A DNA stretch of 64,000 nucleotides from Eledone cirrhosa (lineage: Eukaryota): positions 235,414,001 to 235,478,000 of the forward strand of contig OZ024741.1 in NCBI GenBank assembly GCA_964016885.1, given 5' to 3'. This document shows positions 10,371 through 23,855 of this stretch, in pieces (within the stretch, counting starts at the first letter, position 1; the number at the start of each line of letters is the position of its first letter). The position numbers and the translations under genes were made by a program. The notes under the pieces were generated by a model. That model did not search any database. It had not been told where the DNA came from and worked only from the letters and a program-made list of their open reading frames with translations.

Positions 10371-13300
10371 ACAAGATGGGGAGTAGAGAATAGAGTAGAG
10401 ATGGGCTGTGGAAATGTGGGGGTGGTGGTGTTATCAAGGTGTGGGTCGTAGTTTAAAATCTTGGAGAATGAAAGAAAAATCCCATGGAATAGTATATATC
10501 TCTTGTTATAATTTGGGAGTGACCAATAAACATCGGATTATCTCTTACACAGATGGGAACATGAAAATACTCACACACACACACAGGAACATGAACACAT
10601 ACACACACACACATACACAGGAACATGAACACATACACACATACACATATACACAGAAACATGAACATGCACATATATATACTGAAGAACATTGACACAC
10701 ATATATGTATATATATATGTCAATGTTCTGTATATATGTGCATTTCCATGTGTATATATATATATATACAGAGGGACATAAACATATATATATATGCAAA
10801 GGGAACGTGAAACCATACATACACACATATGAACAAAAACACATATACATACAGAGGATTATACATACACACACACCATACAACCATTCACAAGATGTGC
10901 ACACTAACATACATATACACCTGTACATAGACGGCCTCACCTATACTCACATTCACAGGTATATATATACACACATACATATACCCACATCTACAGTCTT
11001 GTTCACAAAGACACACACCTTTTGATATGTAGATACACACATACCACCACATACCTACTCAAATTTACATATACACATTCATACATATGTGTGATATATA
11101 TATATATATACAAATACTTATATACATAGTCTCACACACACATACCTACACCTCACCTAGAGAGAGGGGAGCATCTAATGACTCAACTGTGAAACAAGAG
11201 AAGTATTTCACCTATTTTCAGCCAGTCAAACTAAAGCAATGACAGTAGTGTGTTCTGCTTCAATGCACTACACACTGACAATAACAGTGTGAACTCATGT
11301 CCTTGAAATTAATAGCAACTCAGTTCACCGATCCATCGCAAGTTCTAGAATGCATTACTGGAGTACCTATGCAAATGGTCCCTATTAAGAAGCTCACTTC
11401 ACTGTGTGGTCCCTTGGACAGGACATGTCTTCTACCATAGCCCCACTTTGACTAATACCTTGTGAGAGGAAATTCAGACAGAAACTATATGGAAACCTGT
11501 TATATATCGTCATCATCATAATCAGCATTTAATATCTATTTTCCATACAATGTGAAGTTGTCACGTTGAGACCTGGCCAGTCAGATGATCATATCTTGCT
11601 CATACAAGCTATTTTTGGCATGGTTTCTATGGCTGGATGCCCTTCCTAGCACCAATCACTTTACAGTGTGTACTGGGAGTATTTTATCAGAGCAAGGCAC
11701 TACCACCTTACAGGGTGAACTGGAAACCCAGCACTACCCTCTGACAGATGCTGACGGATGCTTTTTTTTTTTATTGTGGCATCAGCACTACGACTTTACA
11801 GGGTGTACTGGGTGTGTTTTATCGTGGTACCAGCACTACCATTTCACAAGGTGTATTGGGTGTTTTATCATGGCACCAACACAACTTCATTACAACATTA
11901 GAGTGCTTATTGTATACTCAGCCAGATTGGTGTGAATTAGTGTGCATATGTATGTGTGTTTATGTTCAGCAGATTTAAAAGGCGTAAGTCTACATAAAAT
12001 TAACAACTTAGCAATTTGACAAATAGAAACCAATAAAGTATCAGACTAAAGTCATTACTGGAGTTGATACAAATTAACTAAAATCTTTGAAGGTGCTGCC
12101 CCAACACCTAGTAAAAAAAATGTTTAAATGTTGAGGACCATATGGGCCTTTTTGGCAGCTTAGGATGGTAAGTCAACACCTCATAAGAATTCACCCAATT
12201 CTTCTTGTAGACACACCATTGTTTACAATTTAAGAAGTAGCCTTCCACTAATATCATCAGTAGTTTGAGAGGCAGGTGAGTGAATCTTAATTAATTGCTC
12301 ACTAACATTGAGACTCGTCATCACCATCATCACCACTATTTAACTTCTCTTTTCCCTGCTAACAAGGGTTAGATGGGTCGGCAACAGACAGGGTCTTTTA
12401 CTGACTTCACAGATAGGCTGAGGGCTTGCATCTTAATTATGTTCCTGCGCTCGACCAAATGTATTTTATCGTGACACCAGCAGGTTGTCATGTCTTTGAC
12501 ACAGCTGAGAAGTCTTCTTGACCATTTTGTTTGGCAGGTTTTCTACAGCAGGTTTTCCACTTTACAGAATGTACTGAGTGCATTTACCATGAAAATGTAA
12601 AAAAAAATGAAAGAGGCAATGAAAGGAGCCGATTATCTGATCAGACAAGGGAAATAATGTTTCCACAGGTTTTTCCACTGCTAATACTATTTGCTGGTTG
12701 CAACTTCCTTGCAGAAGGAACAACATGAAATAAGGTATTTGGCTCAATATACAACACATTGCCTAGTTTAGAAATCGAACCCACAATCTTATGATCACAA
12801 GTTCAACACCCTAATCACTAGGCAAATTCAATTCTCAGCCAAACTATCAAAAAGATCTTTAAGAGCCTAATTTAATGGCAAGATTTGATACGTTGTTTTT
12901 TATAGTTTTCATGTCACATCTTATATGCAGTGAAACCGGGATCTGAGGCAGTGAATTGGCAGGGTATTAGAGTGTAGGGAAAAATGCTTTGTGATGTTTG
13001 TTCTCAAATCATGCTACAGCCGATTTTACCATTCCTTCTTATGAGGGCAAATGAAATAAAGTACCAATTCCAGGATAGTGGATTGATAGAAGTATTAAAA
13101 CATCGGCCATATGCCTTGTGGTATTTGTTCTGACTTTTTGCCTACTTAGTTCAAATTCAGCTGGGATTTACTTGGGTGGTAGTCTTAATCTGTCAGCTAG
13201 TTTTACACCACAACCAGAGATAGCGAACATTTGAGGGTGACTGAATTTCTACAGGATAATTCTTAAAATATTATAAACATCTCAAAACTGATTGTCCCCA

Positions 13301-15229
13301 ACACTAAAAGTTGTACATTAATTTCAGAAAAATAAAAAAATATCTGTAGTTTCTGTGTATGGATTGTTCAACCAATCACAAACACCCTAATAATGTCATT
13401 GACCAATCATAATAGCCATATTGGGTAGCTAATGACTGATATTATGATTACATTTCCTAATGACAGCTAGAAATGATTTGTTGAATTAGCAATGATTAGT
13501 GTATATCTTCTGGGTTCTATTTCCCTATGTACAGTAGGTGCTTTATAATATATACAACCACATGGTTTCAGGTTCATCAATGACATGTAAGTGAAATGTG
13601 GTAGATGGTAACTACAGATGGGCAAAGACGACCATGGCAGAGGATACAAGGAGCTAGCTGAGGCTCTAACACTTCTGCTATTTCTTGATGCGTGTGTGTG
13701 CTGTAATAACTGAACAACAACAACAACCAATGAATGTGGTGAAAGGGAGAATATTAACAGCAGTGTATTACAATATTTATAAGTTGACATTAAAGAAAAA
13801 TGTCAGTGAGTATGTGTGAAGAAACTGAATAATAAAAGTGAACAATTCACATATTGATCCTGTTAGTACTTCTAATATTATTCTTCTGTTGAAGACTTGA
13901 ACTAAAATCATCTATTTTTAGATCAGCTTTATCTCCCAGGCCTCCATTTTCCTGTAGATTGTTTAGGATTGAACATCAGCCACTTCAATCACGTCAGCCT
14001 GGGAGGGTTCTGTAATGGTTGAGGGCACTGTCTACTTCATAAAAAGAAAGTGTTTTTGTAGAATGTCTTCAAAATATTTGAAAGTATTGCCAAGATTTCT
14101 GTCTGTTATTTACTAAGTACAGAGTTGGATACCATATAGATCAAATTTGTATTGGACAAACCATCTTTTTAGCTAAATAGAAGAAATAGTTGCTCTCTTC
14201 CAATATATATATTGTATCATCATTATCCTCACTTTACATCCGTTTTCCACACTGGCATGGGTTGGAAGGGCTGGACAGATTAGTTGCCATTCCTAATGCC
14301 AACCATTTTACAGAATAAACTGAGTGTATTTTATAACGCCACACTCGAGTGTAGGGTTTATTATTCTTTTACTATTATACAAGTTTCAGTCATTAGATAG
14401 TTGATCATGCTGAGACACCAATTTGAAGAGATTTAATCAATCATATTAACCCCAGGACTTATTTTTCCATGTCTGGTGCTTATTTTATTGATCTCTTTTC
14501 TATTAAATTTTAAAATTATGGAACATAAATAAAGACAAAAACCTAAACACACACACATATATTTTACAAGTATTTGGGCCAGGTCTGAGATCTAAGAGCA
14601 ACTTCCTCTCTTCTTTTTACTAATCTTGGAGGCCTCTAAAAATGATCATGGGCACTGCCCTTCCTGTTCTGAGTAAGTTATTAAAATATCTACTGGTCTT
14701 CACAGATGACAGTGATTGGCAGCTGATCAAAGGTGATTTTTTATTTAATTATAAGTATATATACATACCAAACACACCCACTACAGTGAGTGGTAAGTTC
14801 AATGTGTGTGTGTGTATATATAATTAGTCACATGAGTTGAGGCATATAACCCAATGAAACTAAAGTACCTGTATATGTGACTGTTGTAACTATAATAATT
14901 ATACTTAAATCGTCCTATGATATACACAGTATCATTAATGCTGTGGATAATATTGACAGAGCTCTTGTTAATGTCAGGAAAACTCAGAAAGTCCATATCA
15001 AATAAAGGTGACTAAATATAGTATATATATATATATTATTTATGTTTGTTGGTTCACCACTGGATAGAACTGGTCATTCTGTATGGTCAACCTCGATGTA
15101 ATATTAAGGAGAGCACTCGACGTAATGCAACTCACCCGCCTTCGTTTGTGTTGTTGGTGGTGCGAGTACGGAGTTAATTATTATAAAATAACAGGAGGCT
15201 AGACTGGTGTAATTCCTTAAAGGTTTATT

Positions 15230-15287
15230 ATACTATGAACATTTCAATGACCGGGTTCAGTATGAATCCAGTGACATCATCAGGTAT
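15230..15287 (-). ncRNA. Minimal type I hammerhead ribozyme motif
   Basis: Minus strand reads AUAC-CUGAUGA-U-GUCACUGGAUUCA(uac)UGAACCCGGUCAUU-GAAA-UGUUCA-UA-GUAU, then AAUAAA. Helix I is AUAC/GUAU and the predicted cleavage triplet is AUA. Confidence 0.65.
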
Positions 15288-15447
15288 TCGAAATTTAACA
15301 AAGGAATATAATCCATGGAGCTGAAAAGGCGGATTGACAAGGCGGTGGCCACCTATTTAGCAGTTTCTAGTTCAGTCGGTCGTCCTCAAGTGACGACTAC
15401 CAATTCTTCTTATGCCTTTCTGGTGAAGGGGCATAAGCTTATAGTGT

Positions 15448-16349
15448 CATCATCACTCGTCGACTACTGTTGAGATGATGGATCTCACTCTCATGCCCCA
15501 GAATTCCCTGTCCCCCATCGCTGCCCCCAGGTCCTGTCTGCTGATTCCCGTATCCCTAGAGATAACGTCAGGGAATGACAGCTTCCTACTCCTAGTCAGG
15601 CTGGAGTCAGGGTTCCAGAGCAAGAGAGCGGATATGATTTCATTGCTGGCACGGTGACAGTGGCCAGCAAATTGAGCTCTCCGGGATTTTAGAAGGGCAG
15701 AGGCTCGAGGGAGTTTGCCATAGATTTTAGACAAGGTGGGATGTCATTTCCAGGATAGGTTTTGCACTCTCATTAAGAGGCGGGTATATCTGCCATCCAA
15801 TCTCCTCTCAAGTTGTGATGTTAGTGTCCAAGTTTCGGATCCATAAAGTAATATGGGCTTAATGGTTGCTTGGAATATTTCCAGTTTTAGCTTGTTGGTA
15901 AGTTGAGATGTCCATATGGCGTGCTTGTCATTGCACACTGACCATGCCATACCCTTCCTGGTTAGAAAATCTTTTTTGGAGGAGGAGATATACGAGCCAA
16001 GATACTTGTAATCTTCCACCTGCTTAAAGGTGGTACCATTAAGGGTTCTGATGGGGTAGTTTGGGCTGTTTGCGCATCTGTTCACACACTCAGTCTTGGA
16101 TTCGTTGAGGTACAGTTCAACACAGTTGGACGCTTGCTCTAATGACTTCAAAAGACTCTCAGCATTTTCCAGTGATGGGGAAACACCACCTTTCTCAATC
16201 CTCGCTGGAATTTTACAGGGCGATACCCTTGCTCCGTATCTATTTATCATTGTTGTGGATTATGTTTTGCGCATGTCTGTGGATAGGATTCAGGATAGGG
16301 GATACCAACTACAGCCTAGGAGAAGCTCACGCTACCCAGCAAAATACTT
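15448..16349 (-). mobile_element. RTE/RTEX-like LINE, 5'-truncated, with 5' inversion and 11-bp TSD
   Basis: The minus strand from 16175 to 15453 encodes SLENAESLL..YKYLGSYI..LLYGSETW..AQFAGHCHR with a (TGA)n tail. The + strand 16171-16349 encodes the upstream RT part DGET..GILQGDTLAPYLFIIVVDY..PAKYL. The TSD GCTTATAGTGT lies at 15437-15447 and 16350-16360. Confidence 0.9.
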
Positions 16350-16646
16350 GCTTATAGTGTACTACTACCACCCCGTCATGGACAGAGGCTAGCGGTGGGA
16401 ACAGGTTACATTGAAGTTGGTCACGAGTGCTAAAAAGTGTTTTTGTTTCGCCGGCAGACAGCTCGAGACACGATTATTGTGTGGATCTGTCTGATTCTGG
16501 ATCTGCAGGTTCGTCGGACACTTCTAGTAATTTCAGATGAAATTTTCTCACTGGGGTGTTAGAGTGTATATGAGCCAGTGTGTGTGTGTGTGTGTGTACA
16601 TGCACCCACTGTAGGGTAAGGGCTTGTTTGTGTGTATATATATGTA

Positions 16647-16965
16647 TCATCATCATCATCACCGTTTTACGTCCGTTTTTCCACGCTAGCATGGGTTAGA
16701 CGGGTTGTCCTGTTGCGAGTAGTGTCTAGTTGGCTGACCATGCGTTGCTCATACAGGAACTGATTTGGCTTGATTTCTACAGCTGGATGCCCTTCCTAAC
16801 ACCAACGTCATTTACAGTGAGTGCTGGGTGCTTTTTTTCCGTGGCGCCTACACGTCCACTTTACAGTGTGGGCTGGGTGTTTTTTTGCCGTGGCACCTCC
16901 ACGACCACTTTGCAGTGGGGTGGAGGCATTTTGTCTATATGCTTCAGCTTCGGCTTGTTCCTGTG
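16647..16965 (-). mobile_element. 3' UTR and tail of the RTE LINE (same family as 6780-7058)
   Basis: Minus strand CAGGAACAAGCCGAAGCTGAAGCATATAGACAA.ATGCC.CCACCCC.CT.CAAAGTGGTCGT... matches 6785-7058. Confidence 0.8.
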
Positions 16966-17114
16966 TGTGTGTGGGGGGGGGGGTCTTATGTACTAAAATA
17001 ATTATAAATCCTACCCTGATTAAGTAACGCATTCATGAATAACTTAACAAAAAAGTAAAAATAAATAAAAACAAACAGAAACTAGACACACTGTTACATT
17101 GAAGTTGGTCACAA

Positions 17115-17177
<63 letters not shown>

Positions 17178-17487
17178 TATGTGTGTTTGCGAGCGAGTCT
17201 GTTTTTGTGCCTGTATATATGGGCACGTGTGTGTATGTGTCTATGTATATGCCTGTACGTGTTTGTGTATACGAGTAGATATACGCGTATGCATGTGTGT
17301 GCGTCTGTGTGCGTGTGAGTTGATGTACATGTGAGTTGATGTGCATGTAGGCAAGCGTCTGTGGACGCGTATGTCTATAGTTTTATGTGTTCTCTTTCGG
17401 TGCGTATGTATAGCGGGAGTATATGCGTACGGATGTTGTTATTTATGATTGTGTGCGTGTGTGTGTGTGTGTGTGTATATGTATGTG

Positions 17488-17561
<74 letters not shown>

Positions 17562-17766
17562 TGCGCGCGTGGACATGTGAACTACCAAACCCACCAGAGA
17601 TTCATTGAAGTGTGGCAGGAAAAAGGACACCTGATGGTCAGTTTGACAGTACCTGTTGGCCAAAATTTATGACGTAGAAGAACAACAGCCAATAGCAGGA
17701 CGAGCAAAGAGGATGTTTTTTGACGCTAACACCCCAGTGAGAAAATTTTATCCAAAATTATTAGAA

Positions 17767-17854
17767 GTGTCCGACGAACCTGCAGATCCAGAATCAGACA
17801 AATCCACACAATGATCGTGTCTCGAGCTGTCTGCCGGCGAAACAATTGTAACAC
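17767..17854 (+). ncRNA. Minimal hammerhead-like motif with variant core (CCGACGA)
   Basis: GUGU-CCGACGA-[ACCUGCAGAU...GUCUGCCGGC]-GAAA-CAAUUG-UA-ACAC, then AAUAAA; helix III ACAAUUGU is palindromic. An inverted copy lies at 16443-16562. Confidence 0.55.
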
Positions 17855-17891
17855 ACAATAAATTGAGTTCAGATGCATCACTGATTTTTCG

Positions 17892-17922
<31 letters not shown>

Positions 17923-19166
17923 CCTAATAAATACTGAAAAATCACTGTAATATAATAAATAAAAGAAAATCATTAAAAAAACAAGAAATAAACATGTGGT
18001 GAGGAAAATTAAAAAAACAATGCTAGTCAATGACTACCATTAATTTCATTTCCTGACACATATGGGAGATAACCCTAGCCATATTTTGTACTAATTCTGA
18101 TATCATCAGCGGAAATATTGAAAGACATCCTTAATGAGCCAATCACTACACACACATATACTATATAATTTTTGGTGATTATGAAAATATTAAGGTGTTG
18201 ATACCAGTCTAACTAGTATTACTACAGGTGTAGACAAGGCACATAATTCTAGTTTCCTCAGTTAATAAACAAGAAAAAAATAAATACAATTTCTATTTGG
18301 GGATGGTATTTTGGCATGGCTGTGTGGTTAAAGAGTTCATTTCAGAACCACATGGTTTCAGGTTCAACTCCACTGCAAGTGTCTTCAGCTCTAACCTCGG
18401 GATGACCAATGTCTTACAAAGGAAGGAAACTAAATATACGCTGATGATGAAATACACACACATATATACTCTGTAATCCCACCTTCATCAAATAGCAATC
18501 ATTTTGCATTCTATGCATTGACATGTCTTTACCTAGAAATTACAGTATCGCATTAAGTGCTGAACACGGTTTACATACACCTACATCAATTGCAATCAAA
18601 CCAATGGATGATACATAATATATGCATTTATTGCATAATACATATTTTAGTGACACCAGTACATAGCCATTATGCAATCATCCCAACTGACACCTGTGTT
18701 ACATCATCAGATGTTAACACAATTATGTGAAAAAGTTGATATGTCACAGGCAAATGTTTCCATGCTTAGGAAAGTCCAGTGAACATATGACTCACCAATT
18801 GTTCTTTTCAATTGGCAAATCATATGTTCACAGTAGCAATTGAAGATGAAGGACTGCATTGTTTCAAGATTCATTAATCTTTCATCAATGACATTCACTC
18901 AACCGGTACTGGCATGGAAATAGACTAGTGCCTATATAGATTTAACATGATGAATATTTGCTGTAGCTGCTCATTTTTTCTTTGATAGCAAGGTTCCCAT
19001 ATGTTTATAGTATAGGCTTTCATATACACCCATATGTGAGTATATATCTATATATATAGATACATAAACACTCATATATATATACCTACATACACATATA
19101 TATACATTACATATGTATAGATATATACCCACAGATATATATATACATATACATATTTATTCATTA

Positions 19167-19918
19167 CTAGCAACAGTACCCAGCGTTGCCTGGGTAGGTA
19201 AAATAATATCTGCTTTGATGAAAAGGTGTTGATCTTAGCCGATGACTCATCTATGGCCACACACAGGCCATGCGGAGAGGAGGGGGTGACCTCTATCACT
19301 GAGAAACGCGGGTGACTGACGAAGGGGAATGCTGGGGGAGGGAGGTAATGACCTCTAACACTAAGCTAAATTTCCTCACGCTACTTGATTGGAAACCGAT
19401 GAATTCTCAAATACACAACTAAAAGCTCAGACGACGTAAGTGGCCATCGCTTTGCCTTTGACCATCTATAAGATGTGCAATGATAGGTTCTATTGTAGTA
19501 TAAAAGTTGAACCAAATAAATTGATTTATGTGTGAGGTGGAGCCGAAGTTTCGAATTTGAACGAAATTGGTTGAAAAATGTGGGAGCTAATGATAGGTCG
19601 CAGTCCCTGAACAAAAAATGCAAAGTGTAAAGCTACTATAAGATGTGCAATGATAGGTTCTATTGTAGTATAAAAGTTGAACCAAATAAATTGATTTATG
19701 TGTGAGGTGGAGCCGAAGTTTCGAATTTGTGACCCCCCTATCGATTTTTATCTGCAGAATGACCCCTGAATAAAAAAAACGATACGCTGATATATAGAAA
19801 ACACTCCCGATGACTAATCTATGAGCCTGTAAAGTTTCATGAAAATCGGTCGTAAGATGTAGGCCCCTATAAGTAATACACACACACACACACACACATA
19901 CTTAATTTTATATATATA
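19167..19918 (-). mobile_element. Non-autonomous Helitron
   Basis: The minus-strand 3' end reads CCCAGGCAACGCTGGG-TACTGTTG-CTAG|T; the other end has TATATATAAAATTAAGTATGTGTGT. A 94-bp direct duplication sits inside (about 19466-19559 and 19636-19729). Confidence 0.7.
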
Positions 19919-22019
19919 CAATATATGAATATACATATTCTAAACCCATGCTAGCGTGGAAGATAGACGTTAAACAATGATGATGATATATAAATACGCA
20001 TATATATACATATACATGCACATATACATCGAAGGCGATGACACAGGATTGAAATCTCTGGTGTTATGCAGTAATACAGAAGACCCACCTTCCCATATGC
20101 ACAGGTCGAAGCATACATCTTGGATGCACTACCTTCCCCTCCCCCTTCCATACATCTCCATGTCCTAAAACCCGTCCCTCCTCCTCTTGCACCTCCTCCA
20201 TCCTAACACTCCAAGTCGATATGACATTTTGCAGCCTCTGGCATACACACTCATATGTATGGGTGTGTGTATGCCCAGTCACTGTGAAATGTCACAACAC
20301 CATTTTAAAAAAGATATCTAGCAAACAACATTTGTTTATGTCCCTCATGAACAATACATCACGTAGTGGTTCAATGAACCACACTTAGAAATAAGTTTTG
20401 GATTGGTACCAGAAAGGGCATCTGGCCATAGAAAACCTGTCTCAAAAAGTAACGTCTAATCCATGCAAACATGGAAAAACAGGTGTAAAAAAAAAAAAAA
20501 AAAAAGAATGGGCTGGTGCTCCAATAACAAATATCAAAATTTGTAGATGCATCAAACCCATAGATTACAAGTAAAGCCTCATCTACAACTGTAATGTGAC
20601 TGGATGTAATGAGTTGATGGTGAAATCTACTTCTGATAGAGGTATGGTAAAAGGGAGTGGGGGTAGTAGTGGTGGTGGGAATTGATCCAAGATGTGGTCT
20701 TGTGTGAGTGGGATGGGCCCATAACTCAGAGGTTTAGGGATCAAAACCATGTTTTGATATCCCATTTAGCAGCAATTTTAGAGAGCTATAGAGCATACAA
20801 TAGAATGCCTTGAGGTGTTGGATTTGACTTGCAAATTCCACCAAGGTTAGCTTTACCTTTTATCCCATTGAGAATTGTAAAGTATCATTCCATACTGGAG
20901 TCATTTCTTCCATATGGGAATAAGGTATGATTTCAATATTGGAGTCATTTCTTCACACTTTTTCTCTCTGGAATAAAATAGCTGTGGTCAGACTAGGAGC
21001 AGGATGGGCTATACCAGATATATAAATTCTGAAGATACGTTTTAAGTTACAACAGTGTCTCTCAACAACATCAAGAGTAAAGGGCCTAAGGGAGAAAGGA
21101 GGAGCTTCATAGAGGAGATATAACATAGGATCAAGATGTATAAAGAGATGTAGGTTATTCCGACCCATCTAACCCAGTGTTTCGTAACCTTATTTTCTTT
21201 ATTCCCATCCACCACCATCAGTTTGTCATGCTGGTCCATCACTATTCTTATATGTTAAGATAAAAATAAAAATACTGTTGTATACAAACAACACTATTAC
21301 ATGGAACTAGATGTGGTCTTTAGTCCAGCCTAATTTCTGAGATGACAGCCCCTCTGGCCCTGGCGAGCAAGGAGAAAGTAAATGCCTGAAGACTATGACA
21401 ATATACTCCCCTTCCACCATCTCTAATACACCATTCTTGACCAATCTACGCATGCACATATGGAAAGCTGGATACGCTCCACACCTGCTCTCCACTTAGC
21501 TGGTGCCATGACAATAACACCCAGTCCACTCTGTAAGGTAGTTATGCTGGTGCCACAACAAAAAAGCATCCAGTACCCTGTGTAAAGTGGTGCCACGAGT
21601 AAAGCTCCCAGTACACATTGTAAGGTTGTTGACATTAGGAAGGGTTTCCATCCATAGAAAACCAAGCCAAACACGCATCTGCATGAGCAAGACATGATCA
21701 CCTGAACTGACTAGCCTCATGACATGACCACTCACATAACCCGTACAAGTATGGAAAATAGACATTAAACAGTGATGATTACCAACTGAATATTAATTTA
21801 ACAGTCAGTGGATTAGCGGAATTGGTTTAATATCAAATAAAAAGGATGCCTTGTGACATCTGCCTTATGTAACTGGAAAACTGGTGGTGTGATAGACATA
21901 AGGAAGGGGAGTATTATAAAATACTAATGAGGTGTAATTTCATAGAAAGTCAAGTAAAACTACACACGTGTGAGCTGCAACATCTACATATATATACCAC
22001 AAGCTAAAAAAGGGACTAC

Positions 22020-22340
22020 CTTTGCTTCTCCACTTATACCTAGCATCTGCATTCCCACCTCACAAACTCTCTCTATTATATTTAGTTACCTCTTTCTTGG
22101 TTTTCACCTTCATTTACTTCCTCCCACATTTTCATCATTTCACTCACCTCAACACATGACCCAACCAACCCTTTCTATTTGTTTTCACATCATTCATCAC
22201 TGGTTCTATTCCCATCATCCTCTGCAATGCATTGTCTTTCTCTCTCTCTCTCAAAGATACTCCACTCATCCACCGGACCATCCTCATTTTTCTAGCCTTC
22301 TCTGTTGCTCCACATTCATCACCCACATCTTGCTCCCATA
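22020..22340 (-). mobile_element. Degenerate RTE LINE 3' end
   Basis: Translates to KMRMVRWMSGVSLRER..GIEPVMNDVKTNRKGWLGHVLR. Confidence 0.6.
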
Positions 22341-22349
22341 TATATATAT

Positions 22350-22622
22350 ATATAATTAGTTACAACAGTGACATATACAGGTACTTAAGTTTTGGGGATA
22401 TACAACTCATTCAACCTGTTATATAAAATGAAAATGGCTACCATCACAAGTTGATTTGGGGTTTTTAGAGTTCTTCAAAGGGAGGTAATATATTTTAAAA
22501 AATACTCAAATCAACCTGAGGAGGTAGCCATTTTTATTTTATATATGAGGCTGAATGAGTTGGAGTGTATAACCCAATGAAACTTAAGTAACTATATATG
22601 TTACTGCTGTAACTAATTATAT
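22350..22622. repeat. Fold-back inverted repeat (about 115-bp arms) containing a hammerhead-like motif at 22541-22600 (+)
   Basis: Arms about 22350-22465 and 22498-22622. Right arm reads GAGG-CUGAAUGA-GUUGG..CCAAU-GAAA-CUUAAG-UA-; a third copy lies at 14817-14920. Confidence 0.65.
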
Positions 22623-22737
22623 TTAACTTGTCCTATGAACTGAGTGCTCTTATGAATGGACCCGTTATTTTTATCTAAAGACATTTTTTCAAATTCCAAC
22701 CCGCCCCTCCCTTCAATCTATCTTATTTTTCATTCTT

Positions 22738-22773
22738 TCTTCTGATAAAGGACTAGCGTCCAAAACGTTAAGA
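22738..22773 (+). ncRNA. Decayed minimal hammerhead motif
   Basis: UCUU-CUGAUAA-G-GGAC(uagc)GUCC-AAAA-CG-UU-AAGA. All helices are present but there are two core G-to-A changes. Confidence 0.5.
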
Positions 22774-22904
22774 CCCTCTTCCTGCTATTTCAATCGTTAA
22801 CCTAATATATTCCTTCCATATACTGTACGAGATTGTGTTGTTATTTCTGTTTACCTTTTACATACATATATATATATAACATCATCATCATCACCATTAT
22901 AGGT

Positions 22905-23260
22905 TGGATTAAGTCATTTTCAGCACACCATCGCTCAAATTATCAGATTCCTTCAGTGATTTAAGATCAGCTCTCACCACTACTCCCCATGTCACCCTTG
23001 CTCTTCCTCTATTGCAGCTTCCTTCCACTGGAATTACTTGGTACTTTTTCATGCAGGGATCATCTTCCATGCACATCACATGTCCATACAAATAGTCTTC
23101 TCTCTTGAGAGCTACATCATTATGCCCAGTTTTCATTTTAGTTCAACTATGCTTCATTGTTCATGCACATTAACATTGCACATCCATCGAAGCACACTCT
23201 TCATTTCTCTCCGGCCTTTGCATATCCTCTGCATGTCGCATTACAATGCAGTTCCCATTG
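22905..23260 (-). mobile_element. Degenerate RTE LINE 3' end
   Basis: Translates to LYGHVMCMEDDPCMKKYQVIPVEGSCNRGRARVTWGVVVRADLK. Confidence 0.65.
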
Positions 23261-23539
23261 TTTGTTTTTTACAAAAACAAAAAATCACAGTATTCTATGT
23301 TTTCATTGCTCATTCAAAGCAACATGACCATGAGAAATGACAGAAGAGGGGCTTATGGGAGAGAACTAGTGATATCAGGGTGTAATTGAAGAAAAACAAT
23401 CATGTCAGGTAAAAATGGAAGGGAACATGGGTATGATATATAGGTGTAAGCTGTAAATTTCATTTCATTTTTATATATGTAATATAATACATATATATAT
23501 ACATACACACATAATTTTATAATTCTTATTATTATCTAT

Positions 23540-23580
<41 letters not shown>

Positions 23581-23634
23581 GTATTTATCATTAGTACTGA
23601 TAATTAGTACTAATAATAAATATTTGCTCTATGG

Positions 23635-23682
<48 letters not shown>

Positions 23683-23809
23683 CCTTATCGAGCCCTCTTC
23701 AGATTTTGGTCTTTGTATTTATCATTACTATACATATATATATAAATGTATGCATATACACTCATGGTACCCCAGCATGGCCTCAACTTGTCAGCTGGAA
23801 CACATAATA

Positions 23810-23854
<45 letters not shown>

Positions 23855-23855
<1 letters not shown>

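Noticed and set aside
9153-10451. Mucin-like, His/Pro-rich and Gly/Cys-rich ORFs
   Set aside because: Open in several frames because of the minisatellite, and unit-length variants shift frame.
13850-14110. Coding-looking minus-strand segment
   Set aside because: Contains multiple stops and no recognisable family, so it cannot be called a pseudogene.
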